This document shows, one piece after another, positions 63,856 through 64,000 of a stretch of DNA of 64,000 nt. This DNA comes from Mobula birostris (taxonomy: Eukaryota), in NCBI RefSeq assembly GCF_030028105.1, contig NC_092379.1:21925309-21989308 (forward strand), given 5' to 3'. The position numbers were made by a program, and so were the translations under genes. Within the stretch, counting starts at the first letter, position 1. Each line of letters starts with the position of its first letter. Under the pieces are notes generated by a model. The model saw only the letters and a list, made by a program, of their open reading frames with translations. It did not search any database and had not been told where the DNA came from.

Positions 63856-64000
63856 GCTGAAGTAACTCCAGATTAAAACAAATACTGTTTGTGGGAATAC
63901 TTCAAGCACAAATATGATTATTGGACATTATGACCATGAATCTACATTTTTTTGTGTTTGTTTAAAAGCAATTACTCTGAATTTTCAGAAGTGATTCTGC

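Overview
Vertebrate genomic DNA from a cartilaginous fish, probably a batoid (inferred from the isotype and repeat content). The only gene I can support is one IgW (IgX/IgNARC-type) immunoglobulin heavy-chain cluster on the minus strand, about 14.1-30.8 kb. It comprises leader, V, J, C1, C2, a separate Cys-rich short secretory-tail exon, C3, C4, C5 and C6 with the long secretory tail. Every exon is open and every junction is phase 1. The cluster is atypical. V and J are only about 400 bp apart, there is no free D segment and no V 23-RSS. V runs directly into a 12-spacer RSS whose heptamer is destroyed, consistent with a germline V-D join that RAG can no longer complete. I found no transmembrane exon in the 14 kb downstream. 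The J-C1 intron carries a 43-bp G-quadruplex-type minisatellite. The cluster is bracketed by an old inverted segmental duplication (about 1-9340 versus about 41050-46870). The rest is retroelement debris: CR1, Rex/Babar-like, RTE and Penelope-like elements, SINEs, three solo LTRs and an ERV integrase remnant. All coordinates were read by hand. Exon boundaries should be exact; repeat boundaries are approximate.
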